A DNA stretch of 59,615 bases. It comes from Craspedostauros australis (taxonomy: Eukaryota). Location: the NCBI GenBank assembly GCA_030167865.1, contig JALAGF010005194.1:1-59615 (forward strand), in the 5' to 3' direction. The notes under the pieces are model-generated. The model saw only the letters and a list, made by a program, of their open reading frames with translations, searched no databases and was not told the origin of the DNA. Shown piece by piece: positions 36,011 through 46,020 of the stretch; position 1 is the first letter of the stretch, and every line of letters starts with the position of its first letter. Position numbers and translations under genes: made by a program.

Positions 36011-36374
36011 CTACACTCTCAACAGCTCGCATACGTGCACAAGTTACGAGCACTCCACTCCGTTCCGCTCGACCCCAAGCACACAAAGCACACAAAGCAT
36101 CCCAATAGACTGCGGAGAAAGACAAAGAGCGAAGCAATCTGATCAGCTCCGGCGATTGGTAGCGATCCCACAAAGGAAGTCACACCATTCACTGCATCGA
36201 AGCGCCTTCTGCTCTTTGGATTGTTGCATTGGCGTTGTCGCTACGCGTGCTCTGACAATAGCAGCAGCAGCAGAAGCAATAGCTGAGGAAGAAACGGAAC
36301 GAAGCAGGTAGAGACGGTTGGTCTTGGCGGAGTTAACTCACAGACCAGCGCAGCAGAGGGTGGAGAAGCTTGAG

Positions 36375-39300
36375 ATGCACCAGCAAGCCTGCTTGCCATC
36401 AGGACTCGCTTCCGAGTCAGCGCAGCAGAAGCGATCATCAGCACGATCACTCTCGGCAATGGCAGCCACAGCAGCGAGGACAATGGCGACCATGACCACC
36501 ATGACGACCCTGACATCATCTCCCACGGAAACAGAGCCAACCGCAGACCCTTCATTGCAGCAGGAGGAGGTCCACGTCGAATCACGTACACAATCGCATG
36601 CTACAAGGATGAATCAAGAGTGCGGGGGCCACGATCACCATGATCGCCATGTTGGGGATTGCGAAGGCGCAGAGTGCGCGCAGCATGCAAAGCTCTCAAC
36701 GCCACAGCGGCCATCAGCAATGGAACTCTGCAGCTGGACAACAAGTGCGAGCACCAGCACAGCGACGAGCATGGGGATGAGCACGGATACTTCGTGCGAA
36801 CAGAATTGCGCTTCGGTCGTGCGTTTGCAGGCACACGAGGTCCTCGACAATGGTCACCTCTGTCTCCATCCGCGCAACGAAACCTGTTCCGGCACTCACT
36901 CCGTGTACATGCGCAATGAACCGAGTGTTGCAGGACACGATCAGATGTACACGTACGCGTACGCGGGAGAACAGGAGAAATGTCAGGAGGGACAACCAGT
37001 GAAGGACTCTCGATTCTCTGCAGGCTTCACATCTTCGCATTCCCATCATGATGCCGCGGCGACATGCACAAGCGCATGCGCAATCAAAGGAGCGCCATGG
37101 GTCCGAAGCGCCTATTCCTCTACATCCTCGCATATACGAGTATTGGTGGTGTGTTCGTGGATGTATCGCTACTTGTTCTCGCAGAGCACCTATCAGCAGC
37201 AGCAACAGCAACAACGGAGACGACAGAAGCACGGCAGGAGCAAAGCACACCGCCGAACGAATGACTCCAGACAACGACTGGCGATCCTGATGCCGTTCCT
37301 TACATGCCTCCTGACCCTTCCGCTCTTTGCAACAACCGTGGACGCATCTGCGACCGCCATCGCACTGGACAACGTCGCGTTGCAGACAACCACGCAGTAC
37401 CTCCAGATCCTAGAGCAAACGCCGCACCAGATGGCCCTCGTTCTCAGCGATCTATTTGCCACGGACGCCATCTCTCCCGATGCGACCAACAGAGACTTCG
37501 TCCTGCGCATGCTATACTCGCATTCCAAGATGTACAACAGCATCGTCCCCAACAACGGCAATCTATACCCCCTCTCATCCTCCAGGACAGCATCGCATCA
37601 ACTGCTCTATCACAACGAATACCAGCTCTACTACGGTCTCGAGAGCGGCTATTTCTTGGGATACGGACCCAACCTAGTCTCGGGATGGTACCGCGAACCA
37701 GGCAACGCCTACCATGTTGCCGATGCATCCAGTGACAACAACAGTGGCAGCGCCAACAACAACGCAGATGATCCAGAAATCAGCCTCGAGCAAAAGCTGT
37801 TTTGGGAATCCTGCGTCGATTCGTTTTCGGGTGATTACATCAACTGCAGCATGGAGACGCCTCGGTCAGTCCTCACCGACGATGAAGGCTACCGCTTCGA
37901 TCAGGACTCCTTCGAGTACGTGGTGTCCACCTCGACAGCGACGTCGACCTCCACATCCAACTCGCAGGCAACGCTCCAAAACGACCCCAGCTTGTTGGGG
38001 TTGGAGACCACGTACGAACCATGCCCGGATCAACAATCGCAGAAGGATTGCTCCAAGCTAACCACGAGGACGGAAGAGAGCAGCTGCCTCTTCAATCGCA
38101 AGCTCTGTCCCTCCTATCAAATACGCACCCTGCGTGACGTTGCGGGCCTCTCCCAAACGCAGGACTCGCTGCAGCTCGGCTTTGTCCCGCACACGCGCCA
38201 TTGCATCAACCGCGATGGAGAGTTCACGCACACGGTTGGCGATGTCATCATGTTCGACAAATCCACGCAGCAGGTCACCAACGGCAACATGTGCACCTTT
38301 GACAATGGCAGGGTCGTCCACGGCAGCAGCCAAGGTCAGCTCACCGACGCCGACGATCAGCTCCAGACGGCATCATCGTCATCGCAGCAGCATCATCATC
38401 ATCAGTCTCACATCGATGCAACCGGCACCATGCTCGAAGGACCCTATGCTTACTGTCAGAGGTATCCGCCAGGTCAAGACAGCTCTTTGGAACAAGAGAA
38501 CGCGATGGCATTGGCGGCGTTGGCCGCGATCTCGGGCAACATTCAACCTGCGGGACCAGCAATCTGCAGCGACACCTTCGTGGGATACCAAAAGTCGCAG
38601 AACTTTGATCCAAGGCTGCGTCCTTGGTACCGCGAAACGCGACAGCGACAGCGGTCTCTGTGGACGCAGGCGTACGAATTCTTCGAACCGGAAAGCGAGG
38701 AGAACGTCTACGGCATCACCTTCACCGTCCCGCTCTACCAGCCCGAAGAACAGCTCAAACGGGACATCGTCATCAAGAACGCCAACCACACCAGCACAAC
38801 TGAAAATAGCAACGTCAGGCGCCGCGCACAAGCGGCAGAGGCCGAATTGTCCACTGTGATAGGTTCCGCATCGTCCACGTCCGGATTCTTCAGCGATCGC
38901 CCTTACTTTCAAGGCGTGCTGGCGGTCGACACGAGATTGGACAAGATCTCGCGTCGTCTGCAGGGTATCATGGAGGAGACGATGGACCTTGCCGGGCGCA
39001 CGCACTCGCATCCTCAGGATCCAGACTTCACCATCTTCATCACGGAGATGACTCCACCCTACAACCTCATCGCCACCTCCATCCCCGACATCCCGCTCGT
39101 CATCAAGCTCGGAGAGTCCTCCACCACGTCCCGTTCGTCCACCACCAAGGATCATGTCAGGATCAACATGCAAGATTACGAAGATCAGCTGCAATCTCTG
39201 CGTGCGCAACAGCAGCGCGATCGCAACGACAAAAGCAAGGGTCACACCGCCTCACCGGTCCTCGACGCGGACTGGATATCAGTCGTTCCCATCGCTCACA

Positions 39301-42300
39301 GCGCCATCTTGAGGAAGCGCGGAGGAGGAGGTCGAACGCACGCATCATACGGCCATCCCAAACCCATCAGCGCGCACGTGTCGAAACCCAACGAATCGCG
39401 CAAGATCTATCACGTCCAGGGACAGTCCTACCATTCGGCCGGATCGCGCGGATATCATGACGAAGGAGACTGCTGGCGATGGCAGATCCTTGTCATTTCC
39501 AAGGTCGACACCAACGTGCAAACGTCGGCGACCATCACGCACGGCGAACCGCTGTTCGGTGGCATCCTCTTCATGTCCTTCTTCGCCTTCTTGTTGACGG
39601 CGGGATTCACGGTGATGGTGCACATCTGTCCCAAATTGCGCAAACAGCAACACATTCGCAAGAGCCTGGACAACGCGGTCGTCGCACGCTCGCGATCGAG
39701 CTGGCGCGCAGGTGCCGCATCTGCACCGATGCAGACTGCAGCAGCATTTGCCGCATCCAGGTCGGCGCCCGTCAGAGGTGCCACATCGGAACACATGTTG
39801 CGCCATTCCGATTCCGCATCCTCTTCTTCAACGAAGGACCGTGGCATGTGGCAATACCTGCGGCGTCGCAGCCGAGCCAAGCCTTCCGACCAGACAAAGA
39901 TCACCACCGGAGATCCTGCGGACGACAAGGTGGGATCCACCAACAATTCCAACACAGGCAGCACCAGCAGCGCCGAAAGTCACATGGGTGCCGAGAACGA
40001 AGAGACCAACAGCAACAAGACTGGCCGAGACGGAAATGGCGACGATGCTTCTGATCCAAAGGACGCAAATGCGAACGAGGATGACGGAGACAGCCTGGGT
40101 CAATCCAGCGACGACGTCAAAAGCAACCACATGATCAGCAGCAGCAATCGCCGCATCGATACGAACCCACAATTGCCAGGAACGTCCCATTCCGACGTCG
40201 CAAGCCAACGAGAAAGCCAACAGCGACGATTCCGGCGCATGCCATCGTCATCCCCGTCGTCTTCCTCTCCAAGGATTTCCAACGCGGCCTTCATTCGGCA
40301 GGCCGATTATCAGTTCACATCCGCCTTTCTGTTCTTATGCATCCTCCTCTCGCTGGTCCCACTTGTCATGCTGGGAGAGAACACGGATCCGCTGTGCGTG
40401 GCGCGAGATTGGGCCGTCTGGATGATGCTCACCATCACCGTATCCCCATTCCTCATGAAGGGTATCTTCATGCACCAGCTGGTCTCTCAAAACGCGAACA
40501 TCCGCGGGAACAGCAACGGCAATGTCAACGGCAGTCCCAGCAACAGCGACAATGGACGAAGCGGCAGGTTTGCCAGCTTCATTTCCAGGTCGAGGTCAAG
40601 CGGAAGCCTGGGCGGCAGCAACCATTCCAACAGATCGAAATTCTGGCCAGTCAAGATGTCCAACGCTCAGGCGTTCCTCTATATGCTCCCAATTCCTTTG
40701 GTGCAAGCGATTATCTTGACGACAGAAACCCTGCTGGATCCCCAACGCACCGCGGTTGTGTGGGACGAAGAGGAGAACATGAACATCGTCCTGTGTCTTC
40801 ACGATGAGGACATCTCCGGTGCCACGAAAACAATCAGGGCGCTCAAGGGCGTTTGGATCGTGATACTGGCCATCGTGGCCGTTGGTCTTGCCTATAGAAT
40901 TCGAAGGCTGGATTCGACGTTGCCAGAATCACGGTCCTTCGTTGTCTGCGTCGCGAACTGGATCGTGACAATGGTGGCCGTCGTCCCCGTGATCTGCTAC
41001 TGTCCCAACCTGCACGAGCAGGGACAGAAGGCGGTCATCGGTTTTGCTGTCGTGTGGTTGGCAACCACATCGGTGCTCATCTACACCCTCCCATCCGTTG
41101 TGATATGCTGGGGATGGGTGGACTCTGCAAGGCACGGCGGCAGGGCCGCCCTCGTCCGTCAGCTATCAAACAGGGTTGCCTCATCATGCATGGTCAGTTC
41201 ATGGAACCATGGCCTACCATCTCCACGGGTTGGGCCAAGCAGCAACCTTGGCACGAGTCCAACCATGGGCACCACTTTCTACAACGGCCGTGGCTCCCCC
41301 GGATACAATCCAGTCTTGCACGGAAATCGTCAGCAATCGTTCCAGAACTGTCGAACATCCAGCACGACCACCATGCGTACATCCAACTACAGCACGAGCA
41401 CGGACCCACGTACGTCGCATCGCAATTCGAGCACTGACATGACGACCCACATATCGAACGTGGACACGTCCGCAGAACCGCCTTCTTCTTCTTCACGGCA
41501 GCGTTCCATGCGAGGGACATCGTCCTCCCACAGCAGTGATTTTGGCAACAGCAGCAGCAGCAACCACAACAATTACAATTACAACAACGGCACATCTGCT
41601 GGCTTGTTCGGCGAAAATCACGGCTCCAGGTCTCATCCTCCGTCCATTCAAACAGTCCGCAGCATGGCATCGGCCGGATCCACCGATGATGGTTCCGTCA
41701 ACTCGGCCTCATCGAACACACCATCCAAGTTCAATTCGTGGAAGGCATTCTCCACTCGCCAATCCATTTCATCCGCAACGACAACTTCCGCACCTTCTTC
41801 GGCGGCAGCAGCGGCGGCATTGGTAGCAGCAGGTGCGACAGGTGCACCGGCCGCTGCGAAACGGCCAAAGCCGGCCAGCTTGGCGGCGTTGAGTCGTCCC
41901 GAACGCAACAACCAGCCACGACCCACCAAGCGTTGGACTCCACCAGACGCTCCCGCCGAAGCTTCGCAAGATCAGTACATGCTGGAGCAGGTTGATGAGG
42001 GTTCGAACGAGATCTCGAATGAAATGTCAGCAGCTATGTCCGAACTCACGAATCAAGTCCAATCTCCAAGCGAGGAGCTGAGAATGGTTCAGCAGCAGCA
42101 GCAGCAACAAACGCATTCCCACCACTCGCAACGGTCACAGGAACAGCATCAATATCAACAGACCATGATCCCCGATGCGGGAGAAGGCCTGGCAACCCAG
42201 CCACAAGGCAACCTCGAACCGCACGAGATGATGGACCAGCAAGCACTGCCATCCACGATGGTGCAGGGATTGCCACCGGGTGTGCCACAAGGTACAAATA

Positions 42301-43562
42301 TGCCAGGTCAGGCTTTGGAGCCTCACGAAATGGTGCCTCAGCAGCCTTACGTAACCAATCCAGGTCAATTCTTGGAACCTCATGAGATACCGTACCAAGA
42401 TCCGTACGCGACGAATGCTGCTGCTGCTGGCCAGTACCTGGAACCACACGAGATGCCCTATCAGGACCCATACGCAGCAACAAGCAGCGACGGCCAGTAC
42501 CTCGAACCCCATGAGCGCATGGACAGGCAGGTATCAAGACCAGAGCGTGCCTATATTCTCCACGAAGGCGAGGAGTACGACAGCGAACTCATGGCGAGGA
42601 TGCTGATGCCAAACGTCGGCAGCGACGCAGCCGAAGCAGAACTTGGACCGAGCTACTACCATCAACAGCAGCTGCAGAAGATGGACGAACAGAGGAATGC
42701 AGCATACCAGATGCAACAGTTCCAAGGCGGGGCTGGTCCTGATGCTGGCGCAGCCGCAGGCGTTGCGATGGAGCCGCATGAGCGCTATAACATGATTCCA
42801 GAACATGTGCACAACCAAGAGGGAGCGCCGAGTTCACAAGAACCTCACGAAATGATCATGGTGGTCCCTCCTCCTCCTCCGCACCCTTCTTCCGCTGCCA
42901 CCGCTCCCATTCCTCCTGCTGCGGCATCATTACCAGCAGAGATGGAAGGTGACGTTGCAGTACAAATATACGAAGGCGAAGATGATGGCATCGATCCACA
43001 AATCCATCAGCATGCTGGAGGGAACGAGCTGCGGGGTGAAGCTCGATGGAAGAGCTTCAGCAAACACAGCAACAATGCCAATATCTCGAAGGTCACTAAT
43101 GCCCAGGGAGATATTGAAGAAGATGACAGGAAGATTGCAGCGGTGGAAGGCAACAGGGCCACTGCCGCCAATCCGCGCCAACAAGAGCAGCATGTCGTTC
43201 AGCAGCACCGACAGCACCAACAGGACCTGCAATATCTGGAGACAGGCGAGGAGAATCACTTCGCCGAAGAAATCCCCGCAGAAGCTTCCGCAGATCCGGA
43301 GGGGCACTGCGCCGAGGCAGCAGGCGGTGAAGGCGTCGCACGCATCCCCATCCAACAAATCCCGATCCCCCATCGTAACTCCCGCAGCTCGTCCAACCAC
43401 CGCCTGACGTCGTTGCGCCGCGGTTCTGACGAAGTGTCGCGCGTGTCGTTCGACGACAGCTACTTCTCGGCAGGCGACTCGACGATTGAAGAGATGATGG
43501 TGCACAGGCAATTGCCCGAAGACGAAGCCAACTGGTACTTCCGCAATGGTTTCAATCCTTAA
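36375..43562 (+). CDS. Large class C (7tm_3/GABA-B-like) GPCR-like receptor with extracellular dCache-like domain; true start uncertain (36375, 37161 or later)
   Basis: 7.2-kb uninterrupted ORF. Cache motifs FDPRLRPWY..WTQAY..GITFTVPLY..FQGVLAVD. 7TM motifs IRQADYQF..LCVARDW..PFLMK and LAYRIRRLDSTLPESR. Signal-like hydrophobic stretch near 37280-37350. Confidence 0.85.
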   Translation: MHQQACLPSGLASESAQQKRSSARSLSAMAATAARTMATMTTMTTLTSSPTETEPTADPSLQQEEVHVESRTQSHATRMNQECGGHDHHDRHVGDCEGAECAQHAKLSTPQRPSAMELCSWTTSASTSTATSMGMSTDTSCEQNCASVVRLQAHEVLDNGHLCLHPRNETCSGTHSVYMRNEPSVAGHDQMYTYAYAGEQEKCQEGQPVKDSRFSAGFTSSHSHHDAAATCTSACAIKGAPWVRSAYSSTSSHIRVLVVCSWMYRYLFSQSTYQQQQQQQRRRQKHGRSKAHRRTNDSRQRLAILMPFLTCLLTLPLFATTVDASATAIALDNVALQTTTQYLQILEQTPHQMALVLSDLFATDAISPDATNRDFVLRMLYSHSKMYNSIVPNNGNLYPLSSSRTASHQLLYHNEYQLYYGLESGYFLGYGPNLVSGWYREPGNAYHVADASSDNNSGSANNNADDPEISLEQKLFWESCVDSFSGDYINCSMETPRSVLTDDEGYRFDQDSFEYVVSTSTATSTSTSNSQATLQNDPSLLGLETTYEPCPDQQSQKDCSKLTTRTEESSCLFNRKLCPSYQIRTLRDVAGLSQTQDSLQLGFVPHTRHCINRDGEFTHTVGDVIMFDKSTQQVTNGNMCTFDNGRVVHGSSQGQLTDADDQLQTASSSSQQHHHHQSHIDATGTMLEGPYAYCQRYPPGQDSSLEQENAMALAALAAISGNIQPAGPAICSDTFVGYQKSQNFDPRLRPWYRETRQRQRSLWTQAYEFFEPESEENVYGITFTVPLYQPEEQLKRDIVIKNANHTSTTENSNVRRRAQAAEAELSTVIGSASSTSGFFSDRPYFQGVLAVDTRLDKISRRLQGIMEETMDLAGRTHSHPQDPDFTIFITEMTPPYNLIATSIPDIPLVIKLGESSTTSRSSTTKDHVRINMQDYEDQLQSLRAQQQRDRNDKSKGHTASPVLDADWISVVPIAHSAILRKRGGGGRTHASYGHPKPISAHVSKPNESRKIYHVQGQSYHSAGSRGYHDEGDCWRWQILVISKVDTNVQTSATITHGEPLFGGILFMSFFAFLLTAGFTVMVHICPKLRKQQHIRKSLDNAVVARSRSSWRAGAASAPMQTAAAFAASRSAPVRGATSEHMLRHSDSASSSSTKDRGMWQYLRRRSRAKPSDQTKITTGDPADDKVGSTNNSNTGSTSSAESHMGAENEETNSNKTGRDGNGDDASDPKDANANEDDGDSLGQSSDDVKSNHMISSSNRRIDTNPQLPGTSHSDVASQRESQQRRFRRMPSSSPSSSSPRISNAAFIRQADYQFTSAFLFLCILLSLVPLVMLGENTDPLCVARDWAVWMMLTITVSPFLMKGIFMHQLVSQNANIRGNSNGNVNGSPSNSDNGRSGRFASFISRSRSSGSLGGSNHSNRSKFWPVKMSNAQAFLYMLPIPLVQAIILTTETLLDPQRTAVVWDEEENMNIVLCLHDEDISGATKTIRALKGVWIVILAIVAVGLAYRIRRLDSTLPESRSFVVCVANWIVTMVAVVPVICYCPNLHEQGQKAVIGFAVVWLATTSVLIYTLPSVVICWGWVDSARHGGRAALVRQLSNRVASSCMVSSWNHGLPSPRVGPSSNLGTSPTMGTTFYNGRGSPGYNPVLHGNRQQSFQNCRTSSTTTMRTSNYSTSTDPRTSHRNSSTDMTTHISNVDTSAEPPSSSSRQRSMRGTSSSHSSDFGNSSSSNHNNYNYNNGTSAGLFGENHGSRSHPPSIQTVRSMASAGSTDDGSVNSASSNTPSKFNSWKAFSTRQSISSATTTSAPSSAAAAAALVAAGATGAPAAAKRPKPASLAALSRPERNNQPRPTKRWTPPDAPAEASQDQYMLEQVDEGSNEISNEMSAAMSELTNQVQSPSEELRMVQQQQQQQTHSHHSQRSQEQHQYQQTMIPDAGEGLATQPQGNLEPHEMMDQQALPSTMVQGLPPGVPQGTNMPGQALEPHEMVPQQPYVTNPGQFLEPHEIPYQDPYATNAAAAGQYLEPHEMPYQDPYAATSSDGQYLEPHERMDRQVSRPERAYILHEGEEYDSELMARMLMPNVGSDAAEAELGPSYYHQQQLQKMDEQRNAAYQMQQFQGGAGPDAGAAAGVAMEPHERYNMIPEHVHNQEGAPSSQEPHEMIMVVPPPPPHPSSAATAPIPPAAASLPAEMEGDVAVQIYEGEDDGIDPQIHQHAGGNELRGEARWKSFSKHSNNANISKVTNAQGDIEEDDRKIAAVEGNRATAANPRQQEQHVVQQHRQHQQDLQYLETGEENHFAEEIPAEASADPEGHCAEAAGGEGVARIPIQQIPIPHRNSRSSSNHRLTSLRRGSDEVSRVSFDDSYFSAGDSTIEEMMVHRQLPEDEANWYFRNGFNP

Positions 43563-44027
43563 ACCACACTAGCTTAGTATCGGCATTGGCATTAAAGTTG
43601 CACTTGGACTTTTGTGAGCGAGTGGAGTATTCGATTATGTGCGCTTAAAGAATACCATGGGACTTGCATTTGTAATTGTTACACGGTTGTTGTCGTTGTC
43701 GTTGTCGTTGTCGCTGTCGTTCTGTTTGCATCTCCCACGAGTACGATGTGTCAATAGCATGACAATAAATACCACTGTGCTATTGGCACGATGTTGCGTT
43801 GTTGTGCATGTTGATGCTTGCTGCCTGTGAATGGTACCAACAAATGATCTGCGCTCTCTCTCTCTCTCTCTGCAGCACGTCATTCGATCGAGTTCAATGG
43901 AGCGGAGTACTCGTACAATGCCCTACCCTACTTGTACCAGTATTCCCCAAGCTGCGCACATTCCATTCCCTATCCTTCCACGATGTCAATTTCCATCCCT
44001 TTCCACGATGCAAACCACCCCAAATCA

Positions 44028-45266
44028 TCATCCTTCCACTTGCGACGTCGTCGCGGACGCCAGCTCGATGGCTTCATTGAGCAACCGACGCACCTTGATG
44101 TTGACGACACCGGGACAACGCAGATTGGGTTCGGATCGTTGCGGCATGACCAACGGCGCGTCATCCCGCCGTTTTCGCGGTGGCGATTGTCGGCGACGTG
44201 GCATGGGCGGACCCAGCGTGGTGCGATCGTTGTTGTGCGATGGTTCGACCGTGCGTCGTGGCATCTGGAGGGCCGTGTCCGTGGGAGATGGCGTCCTGTG
44301 CGTGGGCGTTGCCATGGAACTGAAGGATCGACGCAGCTTGCGATCAGCCGGCTCCGCGACGCTCCATCGCTGTCCCCTTCGCTTGGCCATTTGCTCGTAC
44401 TGTTTCTGTCGGCGTTTGTGGCGTCTTTGAAATGCGATCTGCGCATTGGAGTTGGATTGTTGGGTGTCTGTGGTGTTCTTGTCGTCGCTGTATTTCTTCG
44501 CCTTGAGCGGGAACATGCTCTTGATGTACTCCAAAGGAAAGGATCTGGATCGCTGCGGCAGTGTTCGATACGGATGATCGTTGTCGTTGTCGTCCTGGTT
44601 TGATTCATTTTGCGGTGATGGCGTGAGAGACCGTTGTTGCGACTGTGATGACTGTGATTGTGACTGCGATGGTCGCTGTTGCGGCAATGGTGGCGTTCCT
44701 TCGCTCGAATGTTGCATTTGAGCCTGCTTGTTCTGCATCTGGTGTGACCAGGCAGGCGGCCACATGGATCGCGCCGATGTAGAAGAAGATGACGACGATG
44801 ACGACGAATGATATGTGCGCCTCGGCGTATGCAATGAACACCTGGCGAGCGCATCCTTGTTGCGTTTGAAGCGCGTGGCGCATTCCGAACTGGATCGCTG
44901 CCTCCTCTGTTTCTCCCTGTGTCGTCTTCGCAACTTCTTTCGATTGTGGTTGGCGCCCGCGTGATCCAACCGATGTTGATCATCCTGGAGAACAACATCC
45001 TGCAGAACATGATGCAACGCGCGATTCGAGGTGAGGGCGGTGGTTGTGGTGGCATCATTGACCGTGGATGCATCCCATTTGTTGCGTTGAATCTGCCGCC
45101 GTCGCTGACGAGCGCCAGGAGCCGAGTACGTGCGTTGCATGGGACGTGGCGGAAGTCCATCTCGCTGTGCCGTTGACAGCGGCATCTGCACGGGCACGAC
45201 GTCATTCACCGCATTGATGGTTGTGTGCGCAGTATGTGCCTGAGTATCCATCATTGTGTCCATCAT
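44028..45266 (-). CDS. Hypothetical low-complexity R/S/P/Q-rich protein (~412 aa)
   Basis: Long ORF, accATG at 45266, repeated MP(R/Q)R motifs. No known domain. An overlapping ORF exists in another frame. Confidence 0.5.
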   Translation of the reverse strand: MMDTMMDTQAHTAHTTINAVNDVVPVQMPLSTAQRDGLPPRPMQRTYSAPGARQRRRQIQRNKWDASTVNDATTTTALTSNRALHHVLQDVVLQDDQHRLDHAGANHNRKKLRRRHREKQRRQRSSSECATRFKRNKDALARCSLHTPRRTYHSSSSSSSSSTSARSMWPPAWSHQMQNKQAQMQHSSEGTPPLPQQRPSQSQSQSSQSQQRSLTPSPQNESNQDDNDNDHPYRTLPQRSRSFPLEYIKSMFPLKAKKYSDDKNTTDTQQSNSNAQIAFQRRHKRRQKQYEQMAKRRGQRWSVAEPADRKLRRSFSSMATPTHRTPSPTDTALQMPRRTVEPSHNNDRTTLGPPMPRRRQSPPRKRRDDAPLVMPQRSEPNLRCPGVVNIKVRRLLNEAIELASATTSQVEG

Positions 45267-45318
45267 GGTTGAGAATGTGGTTGAGAATGTGCAGTTCTGT
45301 CTTCTATCCTTCTGTTTT

Positions 45319-45358
45319 GTATTGCTTTGTATTGCTTTGTATTGCTTTGTATTGCTCT
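45319..45358. repeat. 10-bp tandem repeat (GTATTGCTTT)x4
   Basis: Read directly; lies upstream of the 45266 ATG. Confidence 0.9.
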
Positions 45359-45944
45359 GTTTTGCTCTGATTGTGAAAGTCAATGGTTGACCTCGCAGTG
45401 AATGCTTCGATGCTCGTGCGAGTATTGTGCTATTCAATGCCACAGTACTATATTCTGTTCAAGCCAAACGGAGCACTCTCTGCAATTGTGGTGTAGTATG
45501 GAAGGCCTTGGAACTGCCTCCATCAATCACGCCTTCTCGGATGCCAATGGTAGCGCAGCCAACTTCAATACAAGTGATCCTTGTTGCCGTTGTTGCAGCT
45601 GCTGCAGCTGCTGTTGCCAATGATGAAATGCCGGGAGTGACAATGGCAGTGATAGCCACGATGGTCACGATGGTCACGCTGATGCTGCTGATTGTGGAAG
45701 AAGAAGAAGAAGAAGAAGAAGGCGACAATGGCGACGATGGCTGTTGCGAGAAGAACAACGCGAATCTCCACAATGCAGAGTTGAGCAAGACTCCACGATC
45801 GTGGAATTGCTGTTGCTGCTGACACCTGTTGCCTTGAGCACCGCTCTCTTCGTTGCTGTCGTTGCTGTCGTTGGTTGTGTCTTGCTCTGCTCTATTTCAC
45901 TCTCTGTTCTCTCCCTTTGGTGTTGGTGATTATGGTTGTGATGG

Positions 45945-46020
45945 CATGAAACAATGAAGGAATGGAGCAATGGAGCAATGGAACAATGAAGGAATGGAAC
46001 ATTGAAACAATGGAGCAATG
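45945..46020. repeat. Degenerate 8-bp tandem repeat (AATGGAGC/AATGAAGG/AATGGAAC), about 9 units
   Basis: 8-nt periodic AATG units read directly. Confidence 0.85.

Noticed and set aside
43970..45205. 411-aa alternative-frame ORF overlapping the 44028 ORF
   Set aside because: Arg/Cys/His-rich off-frame composition; the other frame has the better start context and motifs.
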